Positions 39,290-52,000 of a stretch of DNA of 64,000 bases are shown here, in pieces. A program made the position numbers and the translations under genes. The DNA is taken from positions 186,001 to 250,000 of the forward strand of contig JASTWF010000351.1 of the NCBI GenBank assembly GCA_030390025.1. The letters run 5' to 3'. How positions within the stretch are numbered: position 1 is the first letter of the stretch; each line of letters opens with the position of its first letter. Under the pieces are notes generated by a model. It was not told the origin of the DNA and ran no database searches. It worked only from the letters and a program-made list of their open reading frames with translations. Source of the stretch: Squalus acanthias. Taxonomy: Eukaryota.

Positions 39290-39421
39290 GGCTCTTAAAA
39301 GAGCCGTTGTGTGTTCTGTGTTTTTGTCAGTAAATTCTGCAGTTTTACTTGGAGCTGGCGTACTTGGTCAACCCGTGCTTGGCCAGCTCCCCGGCACCAC
39401 CAGGCTCACGGCGGTCTGGAT
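39290..39421 (-). pseudogene. H2B: Histone H2B 3' fragment with intact stem-loop
   Basis: GELAKHGLTKYASSK*; stem-loop GGCTCTTTTAAGAGCC-ACCCA on the minus strand at 39290-39305; part of a block duplicated at ~12350-13010. Confidence 0.87.
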
Positions 39422-39825
39422 GTGTGTACATTATCCGCACACTCCACATCCAAACTATTAGAGGTTGGTGCCATCTCTTGGCTGAAAGCGAGTGCTTCAA
39501 CAAGTGACAATCATTCAGCAAAAACATTTTAAATTCGGCAGAGATCCCTGGTGTCTGAGAGTGTGTTTTACTCTGTATCTGTCCATCTCTGGTACGGGAA
39601 TGTGGGTTCTGCTCTATACCCATCGTTCTCCAGTATGTTAGTATCGTTTTATTCTTTACCAGTCAATTTCTGATATGATTATTCGTTTTACTTTCTACCT
39701 GTCATGTTCTGATATGTGTGTATGGTTCTTCCTCTATACCTGCCAGTTTCTGCTTAATTGGGTTAGGTTTTCCTTTGTACCTGTCGGTTGCTTGTATGGA
39801 AGAAATGTTTTCAGCCTGTAGCTTC

Positions 39826-40450
39826 ATAAGAACATGAGGTAGGAGCAGGAATAGATCATTTGGACCCTCGAGCCTGCTCCGACATTCAATAAGATGATGG
39901 CTGATCTGATCTTGGCCTCAACTCCACTTCATTGCCCGCTCCCCATAACCCTTGACTCCATTATCATTCAAAAATCTGTCTATCTCCAACTTGAATATAT
40001 TCAATGACCCAGCCTCCACAGCTGTCTTGGGAAGAGAATTCCAAAGATTCACGAGCCTCAGAGAAAAAAATCATCCACATTTCCGATTTAAAACTGTTTC
40101 CCCTTATTTTGAAATTATGCCCCTAGTTCTAGATTCCCCCACGAGGGGAAACATCATATCTGCATCTACCCTGTCAAGCCCCTTCAGAATCTTATATATT
40201 TCAATAAGAGCCCCTCTCATTCTGCTAAACTCCAATGAGTATAGGCCCAACCTGCTCAACCTTTCTTCGTAAGACAAACACTTTATCTCAGGAATCAACC
40301 TCGTGAACCTTCTCTGAACTGCCTCCAATGCAAGTATATCCTTCCTTAAATAAGGAGACCAAAACTGTATGCAGGAATCCAGGTGTGGTCTCAGTTGTAA
40401 CAGGACTTCCCTACATTTATACTCCATTCCCTTTGCAATAAAGGCCACAT
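39826..40450 (-). mobile_element. CR1 3' fragment
   Basis: AFIAKGMEYKCREVLLQL..IQFWSPYLRKD..GLYSLEF. Confidence 0.9.
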
Positions 40451-43270
40451 TACTGATAAGTGAGTATATACTTTCTATCTGTCAGTATCTGTTATGGGTG
40501 TGTGGGTTTTACTCTGAATCTATCAGTCTCTGGTACATGAATGTGGGTTCTGTTATCTACCCGTCATTTACTGATATGTAAATCTGGCTTTTATCCTGTG
40601 CTTCTCAGTTTCTGGTATTTGAGTGTAGGTTTTACTCTGTACCTGTTAGTTTCTGGTATGTGAGTGTGGGTTTGTTTTGTACCTATCAGTTTCTGGTACG
40701 TGAGTTTGGGTTTTACGCTGTACCTGTCAGGTTCTGGTATATGAGTAAGGGCTTTAATCATTACCTGCCAGTTTCTGATATGGGACTGTGGATTTTAGTC
40801 AGTATCTGTCAGTTTCTTCTCCGTGAGTATTGATTTTACTCTATAACTCTCAGTCTCTGGTATGCTATTATTGGGCTTACACCATGGCAGTCAGTTTCTG
40901 ATACATGAGTGGGTTTTCCTTTCTACCTGTCATTTTCTGCTATGGAGGAGAGCGGTTTATTCTGTATCTATCAGTGTCTGGTACATGAGCGTGGTTTTAG
41001 TCTTTATCTGTCAGTCTCTGTTATGTGAGTATGGGCTTCGCACTTCGGTTTCTGCTTTGAAAGATTGGGTAAAAAAGTAACTATCAATCTCTGGTATCTG
41101 AGTGTGGTTTTAGTCTGTATCAGTCAGTCTCTGGTATGTGAGTGTGGATTTTACTCTCTACCTGTCACTCTCTGGGATGTGAGTGTGGCTTTTACTCTGT
41201 ACCTGTCAGTTTCTGGTATATGTGTTTGGTTTTATCTGTACCTTTCAATCTTTGATATGTGAGTGTGACTTTTACTCTCTGTCAATTTCTGGTAGGTGAG
41301 TGTGGAGTTTTGTCTGTATCTGTCAGTTTCTGGGATTTGAGTGGGATGTCCTGTCCTCTTATGTGAATGTGGATTTTACTCTATTGTCAGTTTCTGATAT
41401 GTGAGTCGGGTTTTGTGCTGTACCTGTCAGTTACTGGTATGTGAGCGTTTTTTTCCCCTCTAACTGCCACCTTCAGGTATGTTAGTAGTGTTTTGTTCTG
41501 TACCTGTCAGTTTCTGGTATCTGAGTGGGGTTCTGTTTTGTACCTGTTAGTTTCTTTTATGTGAGTCGGGTTTTGCCCTGTACCTGTCACTCTCAGGTAT
41601 GTGAATGGGGTTTTGTCCTGTACCTGCCAGTTTCTGGTATGTGAGTGGGGTATTGTCCTGCACCTGTCAGTTTCTAATATGTGAGTGGTGTTTTGTCCTG
41701 TACATGTCAGTTACTGATATGTAAGTGGGATTTTGTCCTGTACCTGCCAGTTTCTGGTACGTGAGTGGTGTTTTGTCCTGTACCTGTCAGTCTCAGGTAT
41801 GTGAATGGGGTATTGTTCTGTACCTGTCAGTTCTGGCATGTGAGTGTGGTTTTGTCCTGTACATGTCAGTTTCTGGTATGTGAGTGGGGTTTTGTCCTGT
41901 ACCTGTCAGTTTCTGACATGTGAGTGGGGTTTTGTCCTGTACCTGTCAATTTCTGTTATGTGAGTAGGTTTTGTCCTTTATCTGTCAGTTTCTGATAAAT
42001 AAGTGGGGTGTTGTACTGTACCTGTCAGTTTCTGGGCTGTGAGTGTGGTTTGGTCCTGTACCTGGCAGCTTTTGGTATGTGAGTGGGATTTTGTCCTGTA
42101 ACTGTCAGTTTCTCTCATGTGAGTGGATTTTTATGCTTTACCTGTCAGCATCTGGTATGTGAGTGGGGTTTTGTCCTGTACCTTTCAAATTCTGATATGT
42201 GTGTTAGGTTTTTGTCCTGAACCTGTAAGTTTCTTTTATGTGAGTGGGATTTTGTCCTGTACCTGTCTTTTTCTGATAGGTGAATGGGGTTTTGCCCTGT
42301 AGCTGTCTATTTCTAGTCTTTGAGTGGGTTTTGTCCTGTACCTGTCAGTTTCTGGTATGTTAGTGGGGTTTTACGCTTTACCTGTTACTTTCTGATATGT
42401 GAGTTGTTTTTTGACCTGTTCCTATCAGTTTCTGGTATGTGACTGGGGTTTTGTTCTGTACCTGTCATTTTCTGGTATGTGAGTGGGGTTTTGTCCTGTA
42501 CCCGTCAGTTTCTGGTATGTGACTGGGGTTCTGTCCTGTACCTGTCAGTTTCTGGTATCTGTGTGGAATTTGTTCTGTACCTGTCAGATTATTGTATGTT
42601 AGTGCGGGTTTTGCGCTGTAGCTCTCAGTTTGTGTTATATGAGTAAAGGTTTTAATCAGAACAGTACCAGCCAGTTCCTGGTAAGGGAGTGCATATTTTA
42701 GTCTATATCTGTCACTCTCTGGGATGTGAATGTGAGTTTTACTCTCCAGCTGTCAGACTCTGGTATGTGAGTGTGGGTTATATTCTCTATCTTTCAGTTT
42801 CTGGCATGAGTGTGTTGGTTTTTTATGTATCTGTCAATCTCTATTCCATGAATGTGGATTTTACTCTGTGTCTGTCAGTCTCTGCTGTGTGAGTTTGTGT
42901 TTGACTCTATACCTTTCAATCTCTGGGATGTGAGAGTGGATTTATTTTTGTAAATATCAGTCTCTGGAATGTGCATGCGGATTTTCCTCTGTAACTGTCA
43001 GTTTCTGTTAAGTTAATGTGTATTTTATTCAAGTGTGTGAGGGTGGATTTCACCCTGTATCTGTCAGTCTCTGAGATGCAAGTGTGGGTTATAGCTGTAT
43101 CTGTCAATTTCTGGCGAGCGACTGTGAATTTCACACTCTACCACTCTGTATCTGGTATGTGAGTGTGAGTTTCTGTCTATCTGTCTGTGTTTAGTATGGG
43201 AGTGTGGGTTTTACTCTGTGACCTTCGACCTCTGTTGTGTGAGTGTGGGTTTTCCTCTGTATCTGTCAGT
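40450..43270 (+). repeat. 40-41-bp minisatellite array with a homogeneous 40-bp sub-array at ~41400-42600
   Basis: TTTTGTCCTGTACCTGTCAGTTTCTGGTATGTGAGTGGGG, e.g. tgagtggggt at 41881 and 41921. Confidence 0.9.
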
Positions 43271-44694
43271 CATCAATCTGTTACAGTAAGTGATTGTGTT
43301 TCATTCTCAATCTGTCACTCTGTGAGTGATAATATACTTACTGTGTGTGAGAAGGAGCTGCCTGCAATGCTCCTTTAGTTCAGGGTTGAGGAATGATCAC
43401 ATTTATTCTGGCTAATTGAAGTATAACATGAGAACAATATTATTTATAAGATATGGACAGCTTTGGGTAGAATATAAAAATAAATGTATAATTAATGTGT
43501 CTGTTTATAATAAAGTAAAGTATCTGGCGAGAGGAAACTGCGATACAAACAGTGTCATTGTCTGACCTCAGTACAGAACAGCGGCACTCAGATTCTCCAC
43601 ACCAGGTGTGTAGGACGGTTCTATAGTAAGTTATCAGCATCCAGACACAACCCAAACCCAGCACTAGACCATGAATGAAACCACCCTATTGGCACAGTCC
43701 AGGTTTATATCACCCATTCCCATGAGACTACCTGTAAATTACAAGGATCGCTTCCTGGAATATAACCACACTGGGCTGTACAACAATTGTTTTTAGTCGT
43801 TTAAAACCGAGTTGAGGGCCTTAGTAGTTAACAGAATTCCACTGAACTTGGATCCTGACGATTCTGACGGAGCGAAAACGTATCTCTCGATCACCAGCAA
43901 CACGGTTGTGGAGAACTCAACGCACCGATACAGCTGTACAACAATTGTTTCTCGTCTATTGAAACCGAGTTGAGGGCCGGAGTAGTTATCAGAAAGCCTC
44001 AGAACTCGAGAATGGCCTCCCCCTTTCCCCACTCACCCCATGTCCCAGAACTAGTTCCTCCTCCACACTGCCTCTTTCAAAAATTCCCCGACAGCCGCTG
44101 AATTTACTCCGACTCAAAGCCATTCTGCGGACACAGTCCCAGTGCGATGTGCTGCTGTGAGGAGGCTGCTCTTTGCTCCCTTACTCGGGCCCGAGATATC
44201 TCCGCTCCCTGATGTGTTCAACGATCATCAGCCGAACACAGAGGAAACGGCACCCGGTGGCAGAGCTGGGGGAGGTGAGCTCGCATGGGCCCTTCCTGTC
44301 TGTTTAAACACTGTGCGGGAGAGGGGGAGGAGCAGTCTTTTGTTTTAATCGCAAGCTCAGTGTTTGCGTCTCTATCGTGTAGAATAAAAATATTTAACTT
44401 TCTGAAAAACGCGCTGCTCCTTGTGGAATCCCCAAATGGATTATTCCTGCAGGATTTGTAAGTTGCCCAATTAAGAAACGATGAGCCCATTAACCGTTCA
44501 TTCGCTTTATACTCGGTTTTTAACATCCGTTCATATTCGGCTCTTACAACAATGTGTTCAATGACGGCCGGACTCACGTTAAGGTTCCGTGTGTTTTGTT
44601 TTACTCTGAAGCCAATCCCTCTATATTGAATCACCGATTTGAATAGCCACTAACTGCAAACCCGCTGCAATGTTTATAGATCTAGATTTCTATT

Positions 44695-46112
44695 CAAAAA
44701 GGGTGGTAGAGAGAAAGCGGGGAATTACAGACCGGTAACCTGACATCGGTAGTGGGGAAAATGCTAGAGTCCATTATAAAGGATGTAATAACTGAGCATT
44801 TGAAAAACAGTGACAGGATCGGACAAAGTCAACATGGATTTACAAAAGGTAAATCGTGCTTGACTAATCTACTGGAATTTTTTGAGGATGTAACTGGGAA
44901 AATAGATAAGGGAGAACCAGTAGATGTGGTGTATTTGGACTTTCAAAAGGCTTTCGATAAGGTCCCGCATAAGTGATTAGCGGGTAAAGTTAAGGCACAT
45001 GGGATTGGGGGCAAGGTATTGACTTGGATAGAGAACTGGTTGGCGGACAGAAAGCAGAGAGTAGGAATTAATGGGTCTTTTTCCGAGTGGCAGGCAGTGA
45101 CTAGTGGGGTACCGCAGGGATCGGTCCTTGGACCCCAGCTATTCACAATATACATTAATGATCTAGATAAGGAAATTAAATGTAATATCTCCAAGTTTGC
45201 AGATGACACAAAGCTGGGTGGGAGTGTGTGCAGCGAGGAGGATAGCGAGAAACTCCAGGATGATCTGGACAGGTTGGGTGAGTGGGCAGAAGCGTGGCAG
45301 ATGCATTATAACGTGGATAAATGCGAGGTCAAAAACAGAAAGGCAGACTATTATCTGAATGGCAATAGATTGGGAGAAGGGGAAGTGCAACGAGACCTGG
45401 GTGTCCTTGTGCACCAGTCGCTGAAAGTAAGCATGCAGGTGCAGCAGGTGGTGAAGAAGGCAAATGGTATGTTGTCCTTCATAGCGAAAGGGTTTGAGTA
45501 TAGGAACAGGGATGTCCTGCTGCAGTTGTACAGGGCCTTGGTGAGACCACACCTTGAGTACTGTGTGCAGTTTTGGTCGCCTTATCTGAGGAAGGATGTT
45601 CTTGCCATGGAAGGAGTTCAGCGAAGATTCACAAGGCTGATACCTGGGATGGCAGGAATGACATATGAGGAGAGATTGGGTCGATTGGGCTTATACTCAC
45701 TGGAGTATAGAAGAATGAGAGGGGATCTCATCGAAACATATAAAATTCTGACAGGTCTGGACAAACTAGATGCAGGAAGAATGTTCCCAATGGTCGGAGA
45801 GTCCAGAACCAGGGGTCATAATCTACGGATAACTGGTAAACCATTTAGGACAGAAATGAGGAAGAATTTCTTCACCCAGAGAGTGGTGAACCTGTGGAAT
45901 TCTCTACCACAGAAGGTAGTTGAGGCGAAGTCATTAAATATATTCAAGGATGAGTTAGATATATTTCTTAAAGCTAAAGGTATCAAGGGATATGGGGAGA
46001 AGGCAGGTACAGGGTACTGAGTTTAGATGATCAGCCATGATCTCATCGAATGGCGGAGCAGCCTCGAGGGGCAGAATGGCCTACTCCTGCTCCTATCTTC
46101 TATGTTTCTATG
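44695..46112 (+). mobile_element. CR1 3' ~1.4 kb (RT domain; stop at 44974-44976)
   Basis: ORFs 44752-44976 and 45019-46020 carry CR1 RT motifs; tail TTCTATGTTTCTATG. Confidence 0.95.
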
Positions 46113-46236
46113 GACAGTGTATCCTGCTTATAGCCGAGAATGTCTGAGGGTCATTTCAGATCAGGAGACTCCCAGCTTAATTGCAATTATTTAACATGCT
46201 CAATTACATCTGGGATCCATCGAATAGAACTTAAGC

Positions 46237-46276
46237 AGCCTTTTCACAGATACAGTGGGTGGCTCTGAAAAGAGCC
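46237..46276 (-). terminator. Histone 3' stem-loop (46261-46276) and purine-rich downstream element of H2A
   Basis: Minus strand GGCTCTTTTCAGAGCC-ACCCAC..TGTGAAAAGGCTG. Confidence 0.92.
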
Positions 46277-46306
46277 TTTGGGTTATTAGATTGAATCTTG
46301 TCCGCT

Positions 46307-46930
<624 letters not shown>

Positions 46931-47669
46931 CAATATTTTCCTAAATGAGCGAATTAAGTTAATAAATTCACTATTAGCCAAAGATTTCTGGAGTTTTTTA
47001 TTCCTTTTGTCTTATTCCATCTCTCCCTTGCAAATTCCAAGCTTTTACAATCAGGATTAATTCCGGGTTCAATTTCAAACTGTAACGGGCGGGAATCAAT
47101 TTGCATTGATTCTGTAACGGGACACATTCCAGCTCAATCTTTGTAAAAGTGAGGTTTCACAGATTATCGATCGATTCTTTGCACAGGCGCTGCTGCGGCA
47201 GTGAAACCAGAACAGGGAATCCATCTGTAAAAAGGGAAGAGGGACAGAGTGCTCAAACTGCCCCCATTCTGGTCTCTGAACGAACTCCCATTCTGCGTTG
47301 TTACACTGTAGGAATTCTCGGGTTAACAGACGGATTGACTCCCAAATGGCTTTACAAAAAAATTGAAAAGTGTCTTGACAGCGAACGAGGTGACTGAAAT
47401 TCGAGTCTCATCCCCAAAACAAGCTTTTTACTCGTCCGGTCTGAGAGCAAAGGGAAAGAGCGAGCAGGGGCCGTGTTTGTAGTTTACTGGGAGGGAAATT
47501 CAACAGCGACACTCAGATCGAAACGGATTATGAAACTGCTTATCTGAGAATTACAAAGTAAATCTACAGCTGGAACTTAGAAAATGCTCTCAAACACACT
47601 TGTTCAGGAAATAATTACAGTTAACTGAGAAAAAAACAGCAAAATCAGTCTAAAGGGAGAAGCTTTTGT

Positions 47670-47711
47670 GTAGCTCGTTCAGAGAGGTTGTGGGTGGCTC
47701 TTAAAAGAGCC
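47670..47711 (-). terminator. Histone 3' stem-loop (47696-47711) and downstream element of H2B
   Basis: Minus strand GGCTCTTTTAAGAGCC-ACCCAC..CTGAACGAGCT. Confidence 0.92.
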
Positions 47712-47751
47712 GTTGTGTTTTGGGTTCGTTCCTTCAGGACAGTGTGGAGTT

Positions 47752-48126
47752 TTACTTGGAGCTGGTGTATTTGGTCACCGCCTTTGTCCCTTCCGACACG
47801 GCGTGCTTGGCCAGCTCCCCGGGCAGCAGCAGGCGCACGGCGGTCTGGATCTCCCGGGAGCTGATGGTGTGCCGCTTGTTGTAATGGGCCAGGCGGGAAG
47901 CCTCACCCGCGATGCGCTCGAAAATATCGTTCACAAACGAGTTCATAACGCCCATGGCCTTGGAGGAGATGCCGGTGTCGGGGTGAACCTGCTTCATCAC
48001 TTTGTAGATGTAGATGGAGTAACTCTCCTTCCTCGACTTTCTGCGCTTCTTGCCGCCCTTCGCTGCCGGTTTGGTGACGGTTTTCTTGGCGGCCTTCTTG
48101 GCAGCTTTTTTCTTTTCATCAACCAT
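47752..48126 (-). CDS. H2B: Replication-dependent histone H2B (124 aa), intact
   Basis: [48 protein letters not shown]; intronless; ATG at 48126. Confidence 0.97.
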   Translation of the reverse strand: MVDEKKKAAKKAAKKTVTKPAAKGGKKRRKSRKESYSIYIYKVMKQVHPDTGISSKAMGVMNSFVNDIFERIAGEASRLAHYNKRHTISSREIQTAVRLLLPGELAKHAVSEGTKAVTKYTSSK

Positions 48127-48169
48127 TGTCCAACTCGATTTCAAACACAAAATGACGCAAACCCGCTCC

Positions 48170-48315
48170 GCGCTCGCAATATATAGGCAACCCCAAAGCC
48201 CTATGCTAATGAGGGATGGGTGAAGGCAATGATTGTGATTGGCTGTTTGGGAGTGATGTCAATTTTCATAGTTCTGCATCTCTCCGATTGGCTTGTTTAT
48301 GTATCCAATCAGATT
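48170..48315 (-). promoter_or_regulatory. H2B promoter
   Basis: TATATA at ~48180-48185; octamer-like CTCATTAGCATAG (ATTAGCAT at 48203-48210, cf. H2B octamer ATTTGCAT); CCAAT boxes near 48238, 48288 and 48305. Confidence 0.78.
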
Positions 48316-49009
48316 GAGTGTTTGTCACTTGCACGCCCTCTGCTGTCAGAAAGGTCATCTCAAGAGCAGAGGGAGAATCACTGCCCATTCACCAATTCCC
48401 AAACCATTATGCAATGCCCCAAGCACACTCTTTCAGACGGGACAGCAATTTAGATGTTCTTCCTCCAAACTGTGCACTATATTCACAACTTGCGGTGTGG
48501 TCCCCGCCACATTAGTTCAGTATCTGACAGTCTCTAGTACTGTGCGTATGTGTGGGAATAGTTCTGTATCAATCAGTATCTCATGATTTATGTAAGTGTA
48601 GGAATCATTCTCAATCTCAGTCTCTGCTCCAGTATGTGAGTGTGGGATCCATTCGTTTCCTGTTCGTCACTGATACCATGTGTCTGTGTGGGATTCGATC
48701 TGTATCCGTCAGACTCTGGTACCGTGTGTCAGTGTTGGAATCTGTCACTTTCTTGTAGTGTATGTGTGTGTGATTTTAATTCTGTATCTGTCTGTCACTG
48801 GGATGTGTGAGTCTGAGATTCATTCTGCATCTGTCAGTCACTGGGACGGTGTGCCAGTCTGAGATTCATTCTGTATCTGTCAGTCTCTGTTACTGTATAT
48901 GATGCGGAGATGCCGGTGTTGGACTGGGGTGGACAAAAATGAGAAGTCGCACAACACCAGGTTATAGTCCAACAGCTTGATTTGAAATCACAAGCTTTCG
49001 GAGCTGCTG

Positions 49010-52000
49010 ACTGAGGAGCAGCAGCAGCAGAGTGGTGGTCTCTGTGAGCAGGAAGAGGAGAAGGAGAAGGAGACCAGACAACAGACCACCACCAACAACC
49101 AACAACCACAACTGAGGTGCCTGGAGAGAGAGGACAGGAGAGGAGAGGAGAGGGAGAAGAAAGGAAGGCCAAGGCCATTAACAACAGAGGAGAGGCCTTT
49201 CCACACTGCCTCCTCAATTGGCCTCCATTTTAGGAGAGGGAGAGAGGGGAGAAAACAACACCAACAAACATCATCTGTTTGGAAGGAGGGAGGAAAGAAA
49301 GAACAACATCTACAGGTGGGTGTGATTCTGGTGCACTCTCCCAGAGACTTTGTTTTGTAGGTGGGGGGAGGAAAGAAGAAAAGAAGAGGGCCGGAACATC
49401 CAAGGGGTGTGTGTGTGGCTTCTGTAAAAGCTAGGCCGCACACACCATATTAAACATCCCTTTCCCATTGCCTGACCTGGGACAGCTGGAGCTGCCTAGG
49501 TGAAGTCCCCAATTAATTTAATATTATTGGGCATCGTTAAGACCTGGTGCAGGACTGAGCCTGGGCATCTCCAGCTATCCCAGGTGAAGACATCTTCTCC
49601 CCCCACCAGAAGACCACCAGCAAAGACTTTTATTACATCGGAGAGTGCACCCCCCCTGCCAACACCCACCCACCCACCATCCTGAGTGGCGACCCTGCCC
49701 TTGCGGCTTCCCTCCTTCCCACCCCCCCTCTCTCTCTCTCTCTCTCTTTGTCTCTGTCTCTCTCTGCCTCTCTCTCTAAGAGGCACCTCAATTAACTTTT
49801 TATTAAATACCCATTGAGCAGAGGGGAGAAGGCCCCTCTCCCAATTCAATCAACTAAAGGGAGAGGTGTGCCTTCAATTTAAGAGCTCCCTCTGCTCAGG
49901 GGAAAACTAAAACAAAAAAAAACCAAGGCCATTAACACCTTCAGGCCTGTGACTTGGGGTGAGTGTAGCCCTTAAAGAACCCTCCATTATGGCGACCACA
50001 TCTTCGCCGGTGGCGGGGGCAGCGAGGACGTACGCGAGCGTGGCAGCCATGGCCACGGCCGCAGCCACGAGTCCTCCTGTTACCCCGTCACCTTTTACCC
50101 TCCTTACGAGGAAGAATGGGGTCAAGAGCTACACTCACCCCAACATGACTATAGAGGCGTGTGTAAAAGCCATGGCTGGGGTTGTCGGCCCTTCAGCCAT
50201 CGTCGCCGCCTCTAAAATGTACGGCAAGGCTGTGTTCTTCCTGGGGTCGGAGCGGGCGGTGTCCCTGGCCATCGAGAAGGGGCTCACCGTGGGCGGGACC
50301 TTCCTGCCGGTGGACCCCCTTGAGGCCACCGCGCAAAGGATTGTGGTTTCCAACGTCCCGCCCTTTGTTCCGGGTGAGCTCCTCCTCCCCCACCTACGTC
50401 AACTGGGGGAGGTGAGGTCGGGGATCACACCCATCCCGCTCGGCTTCCGGGAAGCCAGCCTTCGGCACGTCTTCTCCTTCCGGCGCCAGCTTTTCGTCCG
50501 GCTGGCGCGGGAGGAGGACGCGGACGGCGCGTTCACGGTGCTCCACGGGGGGACCGCCCACCGCGTCTTCTGGACCTCGGACGGCGCGCGGTGCTACGCC
50601 TGTAAGGAGGTGGGGCACGTCCGCAAAAACTGCCCCGCCTCCAAGGCCGCCACGACACCTGGCGCGGCCGGGGTTGGCGCCGCCGCCCCCCCTCCCCCTG
50701 ATACTGTCCGCGCGTCGATGGCGACGGATGCGCGGTCGAAATCGGAGGCCAACACCACCACGGCCTCCGGCGGGGAGGAGGGAGAGCGTCCGGGGGGAAG
50801 GAAGGCGCGTAGGAAAACGAAACACCTAAGGGCGGATCCCCTCGCGGAGGAAACATCGGAATTGACAGAACTCACGCCTGAGTATATCGCGGAGTTGGTC
50901 GGGACGCATGAGACTGGGGGGGTCCTCGTGCCCGGGCCCGTGACCGTGACCGCAACCGCCGAGGCGGCTAAATCGAGACCTGCGGCCGGGCTCGGGCCCG
51001 AGGGGCCCAAGAAACCCAGTCGTCGGAAGGGGGCAGAGAGGGAGGCCCCAGCAGACATGGAGGCCTCCCCCTCTCCGGGCCCCAACTTGTTAAAAAGAAA
51101 GCTCCGCCCCCAGCAGGAGGACTGCGAGGAGGAGGGTCCCTCCGCAAAAGGGGGGCAGTCGCCCGCCGCGGGTGCTGCGCCCCACCCCACCACCGTCATC
51201 GTCGCGCGCGATCGGCAGGGGTCGTCTGTCCCTCGGGAGGGTGAGACAGACGAGTCTGTCCGACCTGTGCCTCCCGGGGATGGGGAAGAGACCCTGCCCG
51301 TGGGGGGGGGCGCGGAACAACCCGCGGAGGGAAATGTAGTACCGGAACCGTTGCTCCTCGCCGGGTCGGGCGTCCTGGGGACTGGGGCGGGCGAGGCCAA
51401 AGAGGCTGAAGCCGAGCCCGCCTTTTATAACCCAGACATCTCCCAGGGACTGCTCGACCTGGTGGAGGAGTGTAGCAATCCCCAGCCTGCTGGGTCGGAG
51501 GTTGGTGGCGGGGAGACGGAAAGCCCCCTGACTCCGTCTCTGTTGTTGGCGCCGGACGTGCTGGAGGAATTTGGGATTATTTTCTCCCCGGTTTCTCCGG
51601 TCGCCCCGGCGCCTGAGGCGGGGGGGGGGCCCCGAACCGCCGCCGCCGCCTCCCGGCCCGGCGCCCCTGAAGGAGCCCAGGGTGGACTCCTCTGCCACCG
51701 ATCCTGGGGGTGGGATCGTGACGGAGGCGGGGCCGGCCGGTGCGGCCGAGCCGTTCGCTGCACCCTGTGTGACGGACGGGTTGGCCGCCGGTGACGACCT
51801 CCCGGAGGAGGACGGGGACTCGGTGGGGGGCTTCGAGGATGATTTGGAGTCGATCGGCAGCGAGGTGATGGACGCCCTCGTGCCCTTCACCGACTCTCCC
51901 CTCATCCCCGTAGGGGAACTCCGGGATTTTATGGCCGTGAGCCAGGGTCGTCACAAGAAGATCCGGCTGGCCCTCGACAAGTGGTCGGAGCTGGCGCTGC

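Noticed and set aside
41400..42600. Regular 40-bp repeats as a CRISPR array
   Set aside because: Head-to-tail units without unique spacers, no cas genes, eukaryotic context.
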